Below are positions 1-9,372 of a stretch of 64,000 nucleotides of DNA, piece after piece (position 1 is the first letter of the stretch; each line of letters begins with the position of its first letter). Under the pieces are notes generated by a model. That model was not told where the DNA came from and ran no database searches. It worked only from the letters and a program-made list of their open reading frames with translations. This DNA is from Arenicellales bacterium. GTDB lineage: Bacteria; Pseudomonadota; Gammaproteobacteria; Arenicellales; Poriferihabitantaceae. The translations under genes were made by a program, and so were the position numbers. The stretch is taken from positions 2,286,287 to 2,350,286 of the forward strand of contig OY761989.1 of NCBI GenBank assembly GCA_963665165.1, read 5' to 3'.

Positions 1-90
1 AGCCGATGGCGCAGCCGCGCAACTGACGGCAACCGCGGCGGTGGCGGTGAACAACCAGGATTTGACTTCGGGATTGATTTTGGGGTGCAT
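1..90 (-). CDS. 5' end of an exported protein running off the window (possibly LptD, by synteny with murU)
   Basis: ATG at 90-88 opens MHPKINPEVKSWLFTATAAVAVSCAAAPSA..., a signal-peptide-like N-terminus, divergent from murU. The LptD identity is a synteny guess only. Confidence 0.4.
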   Translation of the reverse strand, partial: MHPKINPEVKSWLFTATAAVAVSCAAAPSA

Positions 91-269
91 GATTTGACCA
101 GGGGCCGAAGATCAATGATTTGCGGCAATTATAGAGTTTCAAGCGTTTATAATCCAACTGCAAATGTCCAAAAGCCCTGCGAATCGGCCATGACCCTGTA
201 TCCCGCATCCCGAACATCGCCGCGACAAAGTATTTGTCCGGGCGGCCTGGCGTTCTTGCCGGAAAGAAC

Positions 270-965
270 ATGATGGATGTGATGATTCTGGCCGCGGGTC
301 GCGGGGAACGAATGCGCCCCCTTACAGATACCCTCCCCAAACCGCTTCTGCCGGTTGGCGATTACCCGCTGATCGAACATCATATCCGGAAACTGGCAAA
401 AGCGGGCTTCGTGAAATGCCTGGTCAATGTTTCCTGGCTGCCTGAATTGATTCTGGAATACCTGGGTAACGGCAGCCGGTTCGGTATCGAAATACGCTAT
501 TCCCTCGAGGCTGGCGGCGCATTGGGAACAGCCGGAGGTATCGTACACGCCCTGGACAGTATCGAAGGGCATGAACTGCTGGTGGTCAACGGGGACATCT
601 TCACCGACATCGACTTCACGAAACTGGCCCTGCCACGGGATTCGGCTGCACATCTGGTGCTGGTGGACAACCCGCCCCATCACCCGAAAGGTGATTTTTG
701 CCTGGAAGGCGGCCGCATTGAAGGAATCGGCAAAAACTCCAACCCGGCCTACACGTATTCGGGGATAGGAATTTATCGCAAGGAGATTTTCGAAACCTTG
801 CCTGTCTGCAGGAAAATCGATCTCAAAAGCGTTATGGACGGGCTGGTGGAGCAGCAGGCAATGACCGGGGAATACACCCGATCCATGTGGATAGACGTCG
901 GTGACCCGGACCGGCTCCGACAGGCAAGGGAAACAGCGGGGCGTCAGCCCGCAGGGGTTGCCTGA
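270..965 (+). CDS. murU: N-acetylmuramate alpha-1-phosphate uridylyltransferase-like nucleotidyltransferase
   Basis: MILAAGRGERMRPLTDTLPKPLL, LGTAGGI, VVNGDI, AHLVLVDNPPHHPKGDF, YTYSGIG and WIDVG motifs; ATG at 270/273. Confidence 0.85.
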   Translation: MMDVMILAAGRGERMRPLTDTLPKPLLPVGDYPLIEHHIRKLAKAGFVKCLVNVSWLPELILEYLGNGSRFGIEIRYSLEAGGALGTAGGIVHALDSIEGHELLVVNGDIFTDIDFTKLALPRDSAAHLVLVDNPPHHPKGDFCLEGGRIEGIGKNSNPAYTYSGIGIYRKEIFETLPVCRKIDLKSVMDGLVEQQAMTGEYTRSMWIDVGDPDRLRQARETAGRQPAGVA

Positions 966-2290
966 AATCCGGTTGCCGAGTCAATGGCGACGCTCAGTTT
1001 CCCGCATAATTCATCGATCTGGTCATCTTCAATGATGAAGGGCGGCGCCAGCAGGACATGATCGCCCTTGTAACCGTCAACGGTCCCGCCCATCGGATAG
1101 CAGATCAGCCCGGCTTCGAACGCGGCTTTCTTGATCTTTCGATTGACACCCAGAAAAGGATCGAAAGGTTCCCTGGTATATTTGTCGCGCACGATTTCCA
1201 GTCCGCGGAACAACCCCCGGCCCCTGATATCGCCTATATACGGGTGGGATTCGAATTGCGCCGCAAGCGCCGCATGCAGCTTCTCGCCCTGTTTCATGCA
1301 ACGCTCGACCAGGTTGCGCTCGATCAGGGCATTGACAACGGCCAGTCCGGCGGAACACGCAACCGGATGTCCGAGATAAGTATGCCCGTGTTTGAAGATC
1401 CCGCTGCCCTGCTCGATCGTCCGGTAAATTTCCCGGCTGCACAGAGTCGCGCCAATCGGCTGGTAGCCTGCGCCCAGCCCCTTGGCGATGGCCATGATGT
1501 CCGGCGCAATGCCCTCCTGTTCACAGGCATACAGTGAACCGGTACGCCCCATGCCGCACATGACCTCGTCCAGGATCAGAAGAATGCCATAACGGTCGCA
1601 TATTTCCCGGATACGCTTGAAATACCCGCCCACCGCCGGTACGGCGCCGAGGCTCGCTCCGACCACAGGCTCTGCGATGAACGCCATGACCCGGTCCGCT
1701 CCGACTGACTGGATTTCATCTTCCAGATGATTCGCCACCCGCTGCCCGTAATCGAACTCCGATTCCCCTTCTCCCTGCCCCCGCCAGGCATAGCATGGAC
1801 TGATGTGGCTGGTTTCCATCATCAACGGCGCGAACAGTTGACTCCGCCAATTGATTCCGCCCGCCGCCAAAGCGCCCAGAGTGCCGCCATGATAACTTTG
1901 CCGGCGGGAAATCAACCGGTGCCTTCCCGTTTCCCCCTTTTCCAGAAAATACTGTCGGGCCAGCTTGATCGCCGACTCTATCGCTTCGGAACCGCCCGAC
2001 ACGAAGTAGACACGGTCGAGCCCGGCGGGAGCATGGCGGATCAGCAGGTCAGCCAGTTCTTCCGCAGGTTCACTGGTAAAAAACGCGGTATGCGCGAAGG
2101 CCAGCCGGTTCATCTGCCCGGTGATCTTTTCGATCACTTCCCGGTCGCCATGGCCGAGGCAGGACACCGCGGCGCCGCCGGATCCATCCAGATATCGCTT
2201 GCCATCGCTATCGATCAGATAGCAGCCCTGCCCCGTCATTGCCACCGGTGGGACGCCTGTTCCCGGAGACCGCGAAAATACCTTGCTCAT
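944..2290 (-). CDS. Class III PLP-dependent aminotransferase
   Basis: YLDGSGGAAVSCLGH, SGGSEA, SYHG, FIAEPVVG, LILDEVMCGMGRTG, AKGLGAG (PLP Lys) and HGHTY motifs. Confidence 0.9.
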   Translation of the reverse strand: MSKVFSRSPGTGVPPVAMTGQGCYLIDSDGKRYLDGSGGAAVSCLGHGDREVIEKITGQMNRLAFAHTAFFTSEPAEELADLLIRHAPAGLDRVYFVSGGSEAIESAIKLARQYFLEKGETGRHRLISRRQSYHGGTLGALAAGGINWRSQLFAPLMMETSHISPCYAWRGQGEGESEFDYGQRVANHLEDEIQSVGADRVMAFIAEPVVGASLGAVPAVGGYFKRIREICDRYGILLILDEVMCGMGRTGSLYACEQEGIAPDIMAIAKGLGAGYQPIGATLCSREIYRTIEQGSGIFKHGHTYLGHPVACSAGLAVVNALIERNLVERCMKQGEKLHAALAAQFESHPYIGDIRGRGLFRGLEIVRDKYTREPFDPFLGVNRKIKKAAFEAGLICYPMGGTVDGYKGDHVLLAPPFIIEDDQIDELCGKLSVAIDSATGFQATPAG

Positions 2291-3072
2291 ATCAAACTCG
2301 CTCCACGATTGACGGATGGCAATGTTGCCAGGGATACCAGCACGGCAGCCTCACAGATTTCCACCAGGGCGCCATAAATATCCCCGGTGAATCCTCCGGC
2401 CTTTCTGGCCAGCGCCCACCATACCAGGGCAAACCCGAGAGCGCTCCCGATCACGGAGACGGCAAACCCGGGCAGGGAAATGACGCAGAGAATCAAGCAA
2501 ACCGCAACCCCGGTAATCAGGATGGAACGCGGGTCAAGACTCCGGGACAGCGCTGAACCCGCTCCGGACTCCCGCACATAAGGAAACCGGACGATGGCGA
2601 TGGACAAGGTGATCCGCGCGATTGCCAGGGAAAACAGGACAGCCAGCAACGCGCCCTGCCTGAACAGGGCGATCAACGCGACTGCCTTGACGATCAGAAC
2701 CAGGCTCGTGAATACGATGGCGCCGACCCCGCAGTGTGTATCCCGCATGATTTCCAGGAATCGCTGCCGGGTAAATCCTCCCATCCAGGCATCGCCGCAG
2801 TCTGCCAGGCCATCGATATGCAGGGCGCCGGTGATACCCACCCAGAACAACAGGGTCAGTACGGCCGCGAGTTCAGGAGGAACCTCCATCCATCCTTGCA
2901 AAACCGCGCCGAAAACGACCAGCGGCACAGCGCAAAGCATGCCCGCGCACCCATACCAGGTTACCGCGGCGCCAGCGAGTTCGGGTTGATGCGAAAAGTT
3001 CCGGCCGGGAGGGATGCGGGTCAAAAATCCGAGCGCCTGGAGAAATTCATTGAGCATGTGTTTCGATTCCAT
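2287..3072 (-). CDS. cobS: Adenosylcobinamide-GDP ribazoletransferase (cobalamin synthase)
   Basis: FLTRIP, TGALHIDGLADCGD, IMRD and GGFTGDIYGA motifs; hydrophobic; start probably 3072 or 3057. Confidence 0.9.
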   Translation of the reverse strand: MESKHMLNEFLQALGFLTRIPPGRNFSHQPELAGAAVTWYGCAGMLCAVPLVVFGAVLQGWMEVPPELAAVLTLLFWVGITGALHIDGLADCGDAWMGGFTRQRFLEIMRDTHCGVGAIVFTSLVLIVKAVALIALFRQGALLAVLFSLAIARITLSIAIVRFPYVRESGAGSALSRSLDPRSILITGVAVCLILCVISLPGFAVSVIGSALGFALVWWALARKAGGFTGDIYGALVEICEAAVLVSLATLPSVNRGASLI

Positions 3073-3085
3073 GAGCCATGGTGGG

Positions 3086-3718
3086 TTACCGGGTATTATG
3101 ACTGTCGAGCTGGTACCAGTTTTCCTGGTTGTCCTCATGGTAGACCATGATCCGGCTATGACAGGCATAAGGGATATTGAATCGGCGCAGGGAATCCGCT
3201 TTCAGATCCAGCGCGCTATGGAATATGGCCCTGATCACACCGCCGTGCGCGAACAAAACGATTCGCTTCCCCCGATGGATTTCCGTCAGTCGGCCAAACG
3301 CGTCCTGCACCCGATACAGAAAATCGGCATAAACCTCCCCGCCATGGGGCGCGGGCTGGTCGGGCTGTCCGATCCAGGTCTTCCATTGGCCGGGATACCT
3401 TCTTGAAATCTGCACGAATGACAGGGTTTCCCACTCGCCAAAATCCACCTCGGCAAAACCATCGTCAACAATGCAGTCGATCCCACGGCGTTCGCTGAAA
3501 TCCCGCGCGAATGACACGCATCTCCTGCGCGGGGACGATACGCACAGGTCCCAGCCGGAATCCGCCTTTTCAAGCCGGGATGTCTGCGTCCGGAGCTGCC
3601 GCCAGCCGTTTTCGGAAAGCTCGGGGTCGGTCACCCCGCAAATGGCGTCACCCAGTACATGCTCACCGTGGCGCAGAATGTCAATCCGCGTACAGTCCGA
3701 CCGGGCACGCCTACCCAC
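3086..3718 (-). CDS. cobC: Histidine phosphatase (alpha-ribazole-phosphate phosphatase)
   Basis: ILRHGE, SSPRRRC, EVDFGEWE, PHGGE and AHGGVIR motifs; lies between cobT and cobS; GTG at 3718 taken as start. Confidence 0.8.
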   Translation of the reverse strand: MGRRARSDCTRIDILRHGEHVLGDAICGVTDPELSENGWRQLRTQTSRLEKADSGWDLCVSSPRRRCVSFARDFSERRGIDCIVDDGFAEVDFGEWETLSFVQISRRYPGQWKTWIGQPDQPAPHGGEVYADFLYRVQDAFGRLTEIHRGKRIVLFAHGGVIRAIFHSALDLKADSLRRFNIPYACHSRIMVYHEDNQENWYQLDSHNTR

Positions 3719-4766
3719 GGTCGGAAACCTGTGCCTCGGCAAATGTCGCCATTTCATTTTGCAGCGCACACGCCGAACGCAGCAGGGAGACGGCAACCGC
3801 CGAGCCTGTACCCTCTCCGAGGCGCATCCCGAGAGATAACAGCGGGTCGGCCGCGAGCGCCCGGAGGATCCGTTCATGGCCGGGTTCCGCCGAAGTATGG
3901 GAGAACAGCATCCATTCCCTGACCGAAGGGTTGATCTCGCAAGCGGCCAGGGCAGCCGCTGAAGAGATGAATCCATCCACCAGGATCGCCATTCCCCGTT
4001 GCGCTGCATGGATGAAATAACCGGTCAGGGCCGCAATTTCAAATCCTCCCAGTTCCGCCAGCAACTCCACGGCATCGTTGCCGCCGCCCGCCCTGGCGAC
4101 TGCCCTTTCCACGATCGTCAACTTGTGCCGGACCCCCGGGGCATCCAGGCCGGTGCCAGGTCCGACCAGATCCGGGGCATCCGCGACCCCGCAGGCCACC
4201 GCAAGAGCGGCAGCTGAGGTGGTATTGGCAATCCCCATGTCGCCGCCAATGACAATGGCCGTGGCCCGATCAAAACCGGCCGCAACATCTTTCCCCAGTT
4301 GCAGCGCCGCCAGGCACTGCCGCCGGCTCATTGCAGGTTCGACCGCAATGTTTCCCGTCCCTTTCCCAATCGGTCGGTCCACCACGGGAGAATCAAATTT
4401 CCGTTCGCTGATCGTGCCGGCGTTGACCACCGTCAGGCCGGCGTTCAACTGCCTGGCCAGGACATTGATTGCGGCTCCGCCGCGAACGAAATTCCGGACC
4501 ATTTCCATCGTGACCACCTGGGGAAAAGCGCTCACTCCTTCATTGGCTACACCGTGGTCCCCTGCAAAAACAGCAATCTCGACCGGATCCGCAGACGGGG
4601 CGCTCCGGCCTTGCATGGCCGCAAGCCGAACCGCTATCGATTCAAGCCGGCCCAGCGAACCGGGGGGCTTGGTCAAGGTCGACTGCCGTCGGGTTGCCCG
4701 GTCGCGCATAGCCTCGTCCAGCCGACTGCTTTTCTCCAGGTACCAGGGGTTCATTTCATTAATCAA
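3711..4766 (-). CDS. cobT: Nicotinate-nucleotide--dimethylbenzimidazole phosphoribosyltransferase
   Basis: LTKPPGSLGRLE, FAGDHGV, GDMGIANTT, GGFEIAA, DGFI and LGMRLGEGTG motifs. Confidence 0.95.
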   Translation of the reverse strand: MINEMNPWYLEKSSRLDEAMRDRATRRQSTLTKPPGSLGRLESIAVRLAAMQGRSAPSADPVEIAVFAGDHGVANEGVSAFPQVVTMEMVRNFVRGGAAINVLARQLNAGLTVVNAGTISERKFDSPVVDRPIGKGTGNIAVEPAMSRRQCLAALQLGKDVAAGFDRATAIVIGGDMGIANTTSAAALAVACGVADAPDLVGPGTGLDAPGVRHKLTIVERAVARAGGGNDAVELLAELGGFEIAALTGYFIHAAQRGMAILVDGFISSAAALAACEINPSVREWMLFSHTSAEPGHERILRALAADPLLSLGMRLGEGTGSAVAVSLLRSACALQNEMATFAEAQVSDRG

Positions 4767-4794
4767 TACTTGCGATTGCTCCGGGACCGTCCGG

Positions 4795-5319
4795 TCACGG
4801 TTGTTTCAGGATTTGCGGCAATCCGAATAATACCATCACTACCTGATCGGCTATAGCCGCAAGCTCCTGGTGAAGCCAGCCGCTTTCGTCCACGAACCGC
4901 CTGCCCAGAACCGAATCCGGGACAATGCCCAATCCGGTTTCACCGGACACCAGAAACCATTTTGCCGGTGAGCGCCCAAGACCGGATAAAAAGGCTTCCT
5001 TTTCCTGTTGCCAACCTGTCAACGATTGCTGGCAAAGCCAGTTGCTTAACCAGAGCGTCAGACAATCGACTACCACCGCGTCTCTTTCCGAGAACCTGTC
5101 GATCAATCCGGAAAGCCGGAATGGTTCCTCGATCAACTGCCATTCAGGCCCGCGTTCCCGCTGATGCCTGAGTATACGGGCCGCCATTTCCCCCTCGTCT
5201 GCCGCGTCCGCGAATTGTGCCGTAGCGATAAAACACAGGTTGGCATTGCCCTGTTTCGCATGATCCAGGGCATAGCGGCTCTTGCCGCTGCGCGCGCCTC
5301 CGACGACGAGTTCTATCAT
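4795..5319 (-). CDS. cobU: Bifunctional adenosylcobinamide kinase/phosphate guanylyltransferase
   Basis: GGARSGKS P-loop, EMAARILRHQRER, VDCLTLWLSN, GLGIVP and RRFVDESG motifs. Confidence 0.95.
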   Translation of the reverse strand: MIELVVGGARSGKSRYALDHAKQGNANLCFIATAQFADAADEGEMAARILRHQRERGPEWQLIEEPFRLSGLIDRFSERDAVVVDCLTLWLSNWLCQQSLTGWQQEKEAFLSGLGRSPAKWFLVSGETGLGIVPDSVLGRRFVDESGWLHQELAAIADQVVMVLFGLPQILKQP

Positions 5320-5338
5320 ACAGGAATCAACAGCCAGG

Positions 5339-6285
5339 CTACGTTGCAGCCGGTTCCGGGACGGGTCGTTCCGAGTGCAGCAACCAGGTATGCATCAGGC
5401 CCTTGCCCTTGATCTGCACGCCTCCAACCTCTTCGAAAACGAAGGAATCCCGCAACAGCGCGTGAATGGATTCTGAAACATGAATACTGCCGGGTCGACC
5501 GGTGGTCTCCATTCGGCTGGCCACATTCACCACATCCCCCCAGATATCATAGCAAAACCGTTGCCTGCCCACGATTCCAGCCACAGCCAACCCTGAATGC
5601 ATGCCGATTCTCAGTTGCAGTCCCAGGTCGTTCCGACCGGACCAGACCCTGAATTCATCCCGGATCCTGAGCGCGAAATTCGCGGTTTTCCGGTGATGGT
5701 CGGACGATGCCCGGGAAAGTCCCCCCGCCGCCATGTAACCGTCCCCGATGGTCTTGATTTTTTCGATGTCCCAGGTTTCGAGATGGGAATCGAATATGGC
5801 AAATACTTCCCCCAGTATACGCACGATTTCCCTGGCTCCCAGGCGCTCGGTCAGTTCTGTAAAACCAACAATATCGGCAAACAAAACCGTGATGGACGGG
5901 AATATGTCTGCTATTTCCGACTCTCCCGCCCGCAGTCTGGACGCAATCTCCCTGGGCAGGATGTTCAGCAAAAGTCGTTCCGAACGGTCTTTTTCCACAC
6001 TCAGATCCTGCATGGCCCGTTCGAGAGCCGCATTCTTGTCCTTCAGTTGCCCGGCCAGCCTCTCCACCAGCTTGAGCCGCTGCCGGGCTGAAATTTCACG
6101 CAATTGCCGGGCCCCAGTTCTTCCATGGCTTGCCCCAGGGCTGCGTTCCTGTCCTTCAGTTGCCCGGCCAGCTTCTCCACCAGCTTGAGCCGCTGCCGGG
6201 CCCACATTTCGCGCAGTTTCAGTTCTTCCAGGGCCTGTGCATGCGCCGTATCCCCGGTATCCGGACCCTGCGCAGGCTTTTTCAC
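5339..6285 (-). pseudogene. Class III adenylate cyclase with N-terminal coiled coil, frameshifted at about 6107-6114 (real lesion or assembly artefact)
   Basis: Catalytic domain LFADIVGFT, EKIKTIGDGYM, RIGMHSG, YDIWGDVVNVASRME with ATP-specifying K/D. The N-terminal part (ORF 6043-6285) is in a different frame from the catalytic part (ORF 5339-6205). Confidence 0.8.
6010..6232. repeat. Tandem duplication of a 105-bp (35-codon) unit, with an extra 8 nt between the copies
   Basis: CAGCTTGAGCCGCTGCCGGG occurs at 6068 and 6181 (offset 113 = 105+8); both copies encode ARQRLKLVE(K/R)LAGQLKD(R/K)NAAL..AM. Confidence 0.85.
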
Positions 6286-6306
6286 TTCGGCAGGCCCCGA
6301 ACGAAG

Positions 6307-7491
6307 TTAATTACCCGAAATCGTGTCGAGTGTGGACTGCAATCGTACCGCCAGACAAGTGATGTCGTCCGATTGCGGCGCGTCTGCAACAAATTCCCGC
6401 ACGGCAAGCATCACGCCTTCGGCGATTTCCTGCACGCTCCCTGACGACATCTCGGACAATTTGCGGTCGAGACGCTCTTCCCCGAACTCCTCGGAGCGGG
6501 CGTCTTCAGCCTCCGTGACCCCGTCAGTGTACAGGAACAAGGTGTCTCCCGGATTCAACTGAATTTGCGTATCATTGAATTCATGTCCCGCCAGGATACC
6601 CAAAACCAGATTCCCGGTCGTGGGCAGTTCCTCGAGTTCCCCATTCGGATGTATCAGGCGGGGCGGATTGTGACCCGCATTGGAATACTCGAACTTCCCG
6701 ACGCCAAAATCCAGCACCCCGAAGAAAAGTGTGATAAAAGTGCATGCTTCGTTGTCTTCGCACACAAGATCGTTTACCAGAGACAGACAGTGTGATGGCG
6801 ACCGGAAACTCTGCAGGGAAGCCTTCAACAATGCCCGGGTGACCATGGTGAACAGCGCCGCCGGAACCCCTTTGCCGGCGACATCGGCAATCACGATACC
6901 GAGATGACTGTCGTCAAGATAAAAATAGTCGTAAAAATCACCGCCGATTTCACGCGCCGGCAGGATCAGGGCGCTGACCTGGTGGGTCTCCGTGTCCGGC
7001 AGCGCCTTCGGTTGTACGGCATCCTGCACCTGGCGCGCGACCTCCAGTTCCTGCTTGATTGCGACCAGCCGGTCACGTGACTCCGTGGCAGACTGCATGA
7101 CCTGCACGTGTTTGATGGTCTTTTCTATCGTGATCGAAAGGTCATTGAAATCAATCGGCTTGGTCAGAAAATCAAAGGCTCCGCGGTTCATGGCGGTACG
7201 AATGTTCGCCATGTCTCCATACGCGGAGACGATCACCGCCTGCACATCGGGGTTGACGACAGCCAGCCGGCTCAGCAACGTAAGTCCATCCATGACCGGC
7301 ATATTGATGTCGGATAACACCAGGTGCACATCCGGATTCGCTTCCAGTATATGCAATGCCTCCATGCCGTTATGGGCAAACAGGAAATCCAGTTCCTTTT
7401 TGCGAATGCGCCGTCGAAACTTCTGTCGAACCAGCAATTCCAGGTCTTCTTCGTCGTCTACCACCAACACCCGGACTAACGGTGCATTCAT
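6307..7491 (-). CDS. Response regulator receiver fused to SpoIIE/PP2C serine phosphatase (RsbU/RsbY-like)
   Basis: REC: VVDDE, SDINMP, SAY, FLTKP. PP2C: GGDFYD, IADVAGKG, NAGHNPP, YTDG, SDDIT. Confidence 0.92.
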   Translation of the reverse strand: MNAPLVRVLVVDDEEDLELLVRQKFRRRIRKKELDFLFAHNGMEALHILEANPDVHLVLSDINMPVMDGLTLLSRLAVVNPDVQAVIVSAYGDMANIRTAMNRGAFDFLTKPIDFNDLSITIEKTIKHVQVMQSATESRDRLVAIKQELEVARQVQDAVQPKALPDTETHQVSALILPAREIGGDFYDYFYLDDSHLGIVIADVAGKGVPAALFTMVTRALLKASLQSFRSPSHCLSLVNDLVCEDNEACTFITLFFGVLDFGVGKFEYSNAGHNPPRLIHPNGELEELPTTGNLVLGILAGHEFNDTQIQLNPGDTLFLYTDGVTEAEDARSEEFGEERLDRKLSEMSSGSVQEIAEGVMLAVREFVADAPQSDDITCLAVRLQSTLDTISGN

Positions 7492-7577
7492 GACCCGTCT
7501 CTCTGGTTAATCGGTTCTGGCGGGAATGGGGACCGTTTGTGCACCGGGCACTCACGGGAAATGATCAAAGTGGACAC

Positions 7578-7955
7578 TCAGGCCGCTGCGAGCGCATCGG
7601 CCAGTTTCTCCCGAATGTCCAGAATCGCGCTGAATCCACTGATCTCGAATATCTGCGCAATGTGCGGCGCCAATCCGCAAAATAACGCCTTGCCCCCTCC
7701 CGACTGCATCTTCCGCGCACTCAACAACATCACCCGCAATCCCGCGCTGCTGATATATTCCAACTCCTCGAAATTGAAAATCAATACCCCCGAACCGCCT
7801 TCCGTCTGCTCCCGGATCGCCGCGTCCAGAATGTCCACCGTGCTGCCATCCACCCGACCGCACGGCCGAACAATAAAGGCCTCACCGGATCCGGTCGCCG
7901 CCGTCTCCGTCTTTACCGTCAACTTGTCCTGACCCTGCTTGATCTGTTCTGTCAT
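7578..7955 (-). CDS. STAS-domain anti-sigma factor antagonist (RsbV/SpoIIAA-like)
   Basis: GRVD, LEYISSAGLR (phospho-Ser motif), IFEISGF. Confidence 0.9.
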   Translation of the reverse strand: MTEQIKQGQDKLTVKTETAATGSGEAFIVRPCGRVDGSTVDILDAAIREQTEGGSGVLIFNFEELEYISSAGLRVMLLSARKMQSGGGKALFCGLAPHIAQIFEISGFSAILDIREKLADALAAA

Positions 7956-8374
7956 TCAGCTTCTCCAGTCATTTTGCATCGTAGGGTAATACGATTACGT
8001 TCATTTGTTCTTTCATAAGCATATTCATCAGACAACTCTTTGGTCAGCAGCACACCCAGACCGCCTATCGGGCGATCCGACAAATCCGAAGCCGTATCTG
8101 CTTCCGGCGCTTCTTCAAATGGGTCGAATTCACTGCCGTTGTCTTCCAGAGAAGCGCAGACAACGCCATCTTCCACAGACAAACTGATGGCCAGTTCGGG
8201 CGCCTCCACCGCCAGCAATCCATAGTTTACGCTATTTGTAACCAATTCTTCAAGCATGAGGTTGAGGCGCAACTGCAACGGCATGGGCACTCCATGCTCA
8301 CTCGCGAAATCCTCCAGAACCGGCTCCAGCTCACTGATGGAAGTCAAGTCCGGAGTCAGGGAGACAGTAGTCAT
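7952..8374 (-). CDS. Anti-sigma factor/Ser kinase (RsbW-like HATPase_c)
   Basis: LEELVTNSVNYG, EDNGSEFDP, RPIGGLGV motifs; overlaps the STAS start; ATG at 8374. Confidence 0.9.
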   Translation of the reverse strand: MTTVSLTPDLTSISELEPVLEDFASEHGVPMPLQLRLNLMLEELVTNSVNYGLLAVEAPELAISLSVEDGVVCASLEDNGSEFDPFEEAPEADTASDLSDRPIGGLGVLLTKELSDEYAYERTNERNRITLRCKMTGEAE

Positions 8375-8534
8375 TCGATCCAAAATCCCGATTTTTAATG
8401 ATAATGCATTATCCGCAAAAAATTCTAGCCAAACAAATATTCAGAGTCAATACCCGTTCCAGCGGCTTCACTCCCTGTACTATACAGGAAATGTTGTAGA
8501 CTACTCCATAATTTTTCACAGTATCCTCCATACC

Positions 8535-9317
8535 ATGAAATTTCTGCTGGTTTCCGATTTGCATTATGTACTGAAGCACTTTGACTGGGTTTTGAATATC
8601 TCCGGCCAATTCGATGCCGTTGTCATGGCCGGCGACCAGATCGACGCCCGGTCCCATGTGTACATGCGTATCCAGATTCCTGTAATCCTCAAGTATCTGC
8701 ACCGGTTACAGGCCAATACCCGGCTTCTGGTGAGTTCCGGGAATCATGACCTCGATGTTCGCGGAGACCACGGAGAGAGGATTGCCCGATGGCTGGAGCC
8801 GGTTCGTGAGTCCGGAATCGCCACCGATGGAGACAGCGTGGTGATCCATGACACACTGTTCACCGTATGTCCATGGTGGGATGGGCCAAAAACCCGGGAG
8901 ATCGTCTCGAACCAACTGGCCGCGGATGCCGGCAAACCGAAACAGAACTGGGTATGGGTTTACCACGGCCCGCCGGACAACTCCCCGACCAGCTGGACCG
9001 GGAAACGCCATTATGGCGACTCCGACCTGGTGACGTGGATCGAACGACACCAACCGGATATCGTCCTGACCGGGCATATCCACGAGGCGCCCTTCGTCGA
9101 AAATGGCTCCTGGGTCGACCGCATCGGGTCCACCTGGGTATTCAACTCCGGCCGGTCCAGAGGCAGCTTCCCGCCTCACATCGTGCTGGATATCCGGCAA
9201 CGGACCGCACACTGGCATTCGCCTGCCGCCGCCGAATGGGTGGCGCTGGATCAACCGTTGCAACGACCGCCGCGCAACACCGCCACAGTCCCCTCCTGGT
9301 TACAGGGAACGGGCTGA
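8535..9317 (+). CDS. Calcineurin-like metallophosphoesterase (Icc/CpdA-like)
   Basis: VSDLH, AGDQID, SGNHD, YHGPP and TGHIH metal motifs; ATG at 8535. Confidence 0.88.
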   Translation: MKFLLVSDLHYVLKHFDWVLNISGQFDAVVMAGDQIDARSHVYMRIQIPVILKYLHRLQANTRLLVSSGNHDLDVRGDHGERIARWLEPVRESGIATDGDSVVIHDTLFTVCPWWDGPKTREIVSNQLAADAGKPKQNWVWVYHGPPDNSPTSWTGKRHYGDSDLVTWIERHQPDIVLTGHIHEAPFVENGSWVDRIGSTWVFNSGRSRGSFPPHIVLDIRQRTAHWHSPAAAEWVALDQPLQRPPRNTATVPSWLQGTG

Positions 9318-9372
9318 CCCGGTCGCGACCAGACGCGGCGCGGCCGGATGAGCTGGCCGGATACGGAGCCAG

